Shown in pieces: positions 60,732-64,000 of a stretch of DNA of 64,000 nucleotides. Position 1 is the first letter of the stretch. Every line of letters starts with the position of its first letter. Made by a program: the position numbers and the translations under genes. Below the pieces are notes generated by a model. It was not told where the DNA came from. It worked only from the letters and a program-made list of their open reading frames with translations, and did not search any database. This DNA is from Mesotaenium endlicherianum (taxonomy: Eukaryota): assembly GCA_009602735.1 (NCBI GenBank), contig WELA01000485.1:1-64000 (forward strand). Reading direction: 5' to 3'.

Positions 60732-61376
60732 TCACAAATAAGGGCAGCGAATATAATCGACGCTAGCATTTATGCAATGGCCGCAATAATGGTCGCCTGA
60801 CCGATCACGATACAAATCCCTGTCAAAGAGATGCTCAAAAAGACTAACACGGTGGGTAGACCACATGTAATCAACGTACCCACAATATGTGGTGTATCCC
60901 CGAACGGGCATGGGCGGACGAACAAAACCCGAGCGGTTGCGGAACCGAGGGCTATACACATTTTGATAGTCCGCTAGGGTGGGTTGGTCTCGCAATTCCA
61001 TCCAATGCCCATAATCATTCCACATGTGGTAGTAGTGCTCATGCTCAAAAAATGGCAAGGAATCAATGACATCCGGCCGTTCACGGGGCGCACGAGGCGA
61101 CGGTGTACGGCCGCGTGGAGAACGAGAGCGGGTAGGTTCGGGTGTGGTGTTCCGGAGTTCGGCGTGGGTGGGAGGTGTGGGTGACGAGCGTTCCGGCGAC
61201 AATATCTCGTAAGATCGAAGATCGACGGGTGATGAGTGGTGCGAGCCGGGCGGAGCCATCGGCGAATAAGTCGGCGACGGCCGAGTCGGCGCCGAGGCAA
61301 CACGCGGCGAGACGCGAGGCCGGCGGGGTGAATCGTCGTCAATGTAGATGATTTCGATCCGACGGCCGCGAGTCAT
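60732..61376 (-). CDS. C 5' ORF in the gag position: Pro/Arg/Ser-rich N-half, Tyr/His/Cys-rich C-half
   Basis: Open frame from ATG (MTRGRRIEII) ~135 nt after the PBS; no gag motif. Confidence 0.5.
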   Translation of the reverse strand: MTRGRRIEIIYIDDDSPRRPRVSPRVASAPTRPSPTYSPMAPPGSHHSSPVDLRSYEILSPERSSPTPPTHAELRNTTPEPTRSRSPRGRTPSPRAPRERPDVIDSLPFFEHEHYYHMWNDYGHWMELRDQPTLADYQNVYSPRFRNRSGFVRPPMPVRGYTTYCGYVDYMWSTHRVSLFEHLFDRDLYRDRSGDHYCGHCINASVDYIRCPYL

Positions 61377-61524
61377 CGCGAACCGAAAATGAATCGAGGG
61401 CAAATCTACACAGAATCAAGAAAGCGGTTAGATTCGACGACAGAAACCGGCAGAAAATCCAACAGATTTTCTAGCCACTAAAACAAAAATTCCTTGGAGA
61501 AACCGAGATCGGCTCCGATACCAA

Positions 61525-62507
61525 TGTTACGTTTCTGCTTTTCGAGAGTTCTTTCCTTGGTATTCAAGGAATATTTAATTCAAGTGGAAGGAAAATTTGT
61601 ATAATTGTGCAAATCGACGAATACTCGAAAGAGCAAAAATGTAAACTAACGTAGAATGTGTGCTTGTGAGAGTTGCACTCACGATGACTCTACAGGTATT
61701 TATACCTGCACAACATGAGGCACTGGAGTGCTTCGAGTCACCACCTAGGGCACTGGTTCATGTTCAACGAAAACGGTCGAAGGGACGTGTCCCATTCGGC
61801 CGAATGCTCGAAACGCGCCGTTTGGCGGTTTGGAGACTTTTCAATGGTTTTCAGAAAACCGGTTCGCGCCAAACGGGCGTTTTCGCGTTCTCGCGACTTT
61901 TCGAAAAGTCGCGACTGTTCGCGGAGTCGTGTTCAAATAACTACGTCATGAACCAGGACTTACGAGTAANTGTTCAAATAACTACGTCATGAACCAGGAC
62001 TTACGAGTAACTACTTGGCCAATTGGTTTAGGTGTGAACGTTTCAAACGACAAGTCGCGGGTTCGAATCCGCGTCGATGCAAAGCGACTTTGCATATTTC
62101 GTTTCGTTTGTCTTTACGACGGTTTGTTCGTATCTTGATACGACGGTTTGTTCGTATTAACGACTGGTCGTAAATTCGAAATCTGTGATTGTGCATTGTC
62201 GAAATAATGACAATCAAATCAACTTAATCAATCAATGATTTAATAAGTTATCATCTCATAATTAATCAAAGTAACTTTATGAATAATTATGTCGTACTTT
62301 TGCGAAGTAGTCGAGTTACGTTACGACGCTTTTTGCAATAGTATCTCGGTCGTTTCGCCAATCGACCAGGAATTAATCGGCACACACGTGTGGCGAATAA
62401 TTGAATATGATGCAATCATTTATCAAATAATAAGATAAATAGTATAACGTACTTTAGGTAATTCGGAAAACGTCCCAAATACGCCTAAAATAGCTCGGAT
62501 CGTTACA
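61525..62507 (-). repeat. C 5' LTR
   Basis: Adjacent PBS TGGTATCGGAGC; includes an artefactual ~40-bp duplication around the N at 61970. Confidence 0.95.
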
Positions 62508-64000
62508 TATGGCTGATGAAGAATGGAGACCTCACTGGTAAGTTGGCTCGTTGGACTCTTAAGCTGCAAGAGTACCAAATGACGGTGGTGCACAGAGCAG
62601 GGGTGCTCAACAACGACGCCGATGGACTCAGCAGGAACCCAGACCCATCTTCAGACGACAGAATAGGAGCCCGAGAGGACAAAGACCCGAGCATCCCAGC
62701 AGACTTGGTGGCCTGCCTAGCCGAAATGGCTGGAATGGTAGCATCAGGTGAAGCTGAACCTCTACCCCTGTTCAGTTCAGAGATCTGGAAAGATCAAGCT
62801 ACTATGCACTGGCTGAAGACGGGAATCCACTTGGAAGGGCTATCAGTGAAGGAGAAGGACCAGGTAAGCCATCGAGCTAAAAAGTTTTGCTGGAAACGCA
62901 ACAACCTCTTTAAAATCTAAGAAATTGGCCAGGAGATGTTAGTGCCAAAACCCATCAGAAGAGCTCTTGTGCAGGATATGCACGAGGACACTGGACACTA
63001 TGGTGTCAAGAAGACGTATAGTCTTTTGGAGCTGTCTTACAGGTGGAGGGGCATGAAGCAGCAGTGTGAAGATGTGATCAAGGCCTGCCAAAGCTGTGAT
63101 CGCGTCAAGGCTGGTTTTACACAGCAACATCCACACTTGCAACCTTTGCCGATCATGGGCCTAGGCTACCGCTGGAGCTGCGATCTCGCAGGTGAGCTAC
63201 CGCTGTCGAAGCGAGGTAACAAGTATATCATGGTCATGATTGAGCATTTCTCTAAGTGGATAGAGGTCGTGCCTCTGACTGCTAAGGAGCGTCTAGGGAC
63301 CGCGGAAGCGCTCCTCAATGGTGTGATTGTGCGTCGTGGAGCTCCAGCAAAAGTGCTGACAGACCAAGGGTCTGAGTTCCAAGGATCTTTTTAGAAACTC
63401 TTGGATAGATGCTTCATCGATCATCGCACTACGTCTAGAGATCATCCGCAAGCGGATGGTCTGGTAGAAAGGATGGTGCTAACCATAGAGTTTGCTTTGC
63501 GCAAGTTTTGCCTTGAGCATGACAAGCGTGACTGGGATCTGGCCCTGCCATGGCTGGTTATGGGTTACAGATTTAGCAAGCAGGCTGCCTTGGCGAATTA
63601 CTTGCCATATCAGATACTGTTTGGCAGAAGTCCAGTAGTGCCCAGCAGCATCAAGCAGGAGATTGAACAGGTGAAAGACCTGGACAACCCTGATGAACTG
63701 CTAAAGGTGATGGTACGCCGTAAGGCGTTATTTGAGCGCATGATGCCGGCTGCGCTGGACAATCTGAAAATTGCACAGAAAAGAGATACGCAGCGCTACG
63801 CCAGGACGCGAGACGGGAGCTATCGCCTGCAGTTGACGCAGATTCAAGAAGGAGACTTCGTCTACCGCAAGCGCCAGACCAAGACCACCATCGACACCAG
63901 TTCAGGTGCAGTGATCTTACGCGTGAAACATGCGTTTGACAAAGGTGTGTTAGAACTTGAAGGTTCTGAAGGTAAAACCATGAAAGACCACGTGCAAAAT
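62508..64000 (+). pseudogene. pol: A2 RNase H end and integrase (continues beyond the window)
   Basis: Near-identical to A1 33470-34960; MHEDTGHYG...CQSC, WSCDLAG, VLTDQGSEF. Confidence 0.92.

Larger units (their letters stand above)
55546..62507 (-). mobile_element. Element C: chromovirus-type element with both LTRs, TSD TATGG, no recognisable gag
   Basis: LTRs 55546-56488 and 61525-62507, PBS 61512-61523, PPT 56489-56500, PR-RT-RH-INT-chromodomain; TATGG at 55541 and 62508. Confidence 0.95.
51016..64000 (+). mobile_element. Family A copy 2 (from just before the methyltransferase to the integrase; runs off the window), interrupted by element C
   Basis: Collinear with A1 13239-18159 and 33305-34960; TSD TATGG around C, with the empty site in A1 at ~33470. 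Confidence 0.92.

Noticed and set aside
11842..63394. Alternative genetic code (TAA/TAG = Gln) to explain stops at Gln positions
   Set aside because: Such stops are sparse relative to CAA/CAG, often copy-specific, and accompanied by frameshifts and TGA/TGG-derived stops; true ORF ends use TAA/TAG. C>T decay is sufficient.

Overview
Eukaryotic (plant/streptophyte-like) repeat-dense window with one probable host exon (Cys-rich secreted protein, 445-1122, minus strand). The rest is a nest of Ty3/Gypsy LTR retrotransposons, resolved here by LTR termini, PBS/PPT and 5-bp target-site duplications (TSDs). The scaffold is two degraded copies of a large element (family A, my label; A1 ~9211-35622, A2 51016->64000). 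Its single polyprotein reads Gag-2x zinc knuckle-protease-C5 DNA methyltransferase-long linker-RT-RNase H-integrase-PHD finger, so it carries both a DNA methylation writer and a histone reader. Inserted into it are Gypsy elements B (integrase in the gap), C (full copy plus a solo LTR; no recognisable gag; tRNA-like Pol III A/B boxes in its LTR), E (two copies; extra 3' ORF and a relic internal PPT) and F (chimera of two insertions), and a non-coding LARD-like element D that shares termini with E. C, E and F have chromodomain integrases. Most ORFs are pseudogenised. There is one 912-N gap and three single-N joins. All family assignments come from motif reading only; no database search was run.
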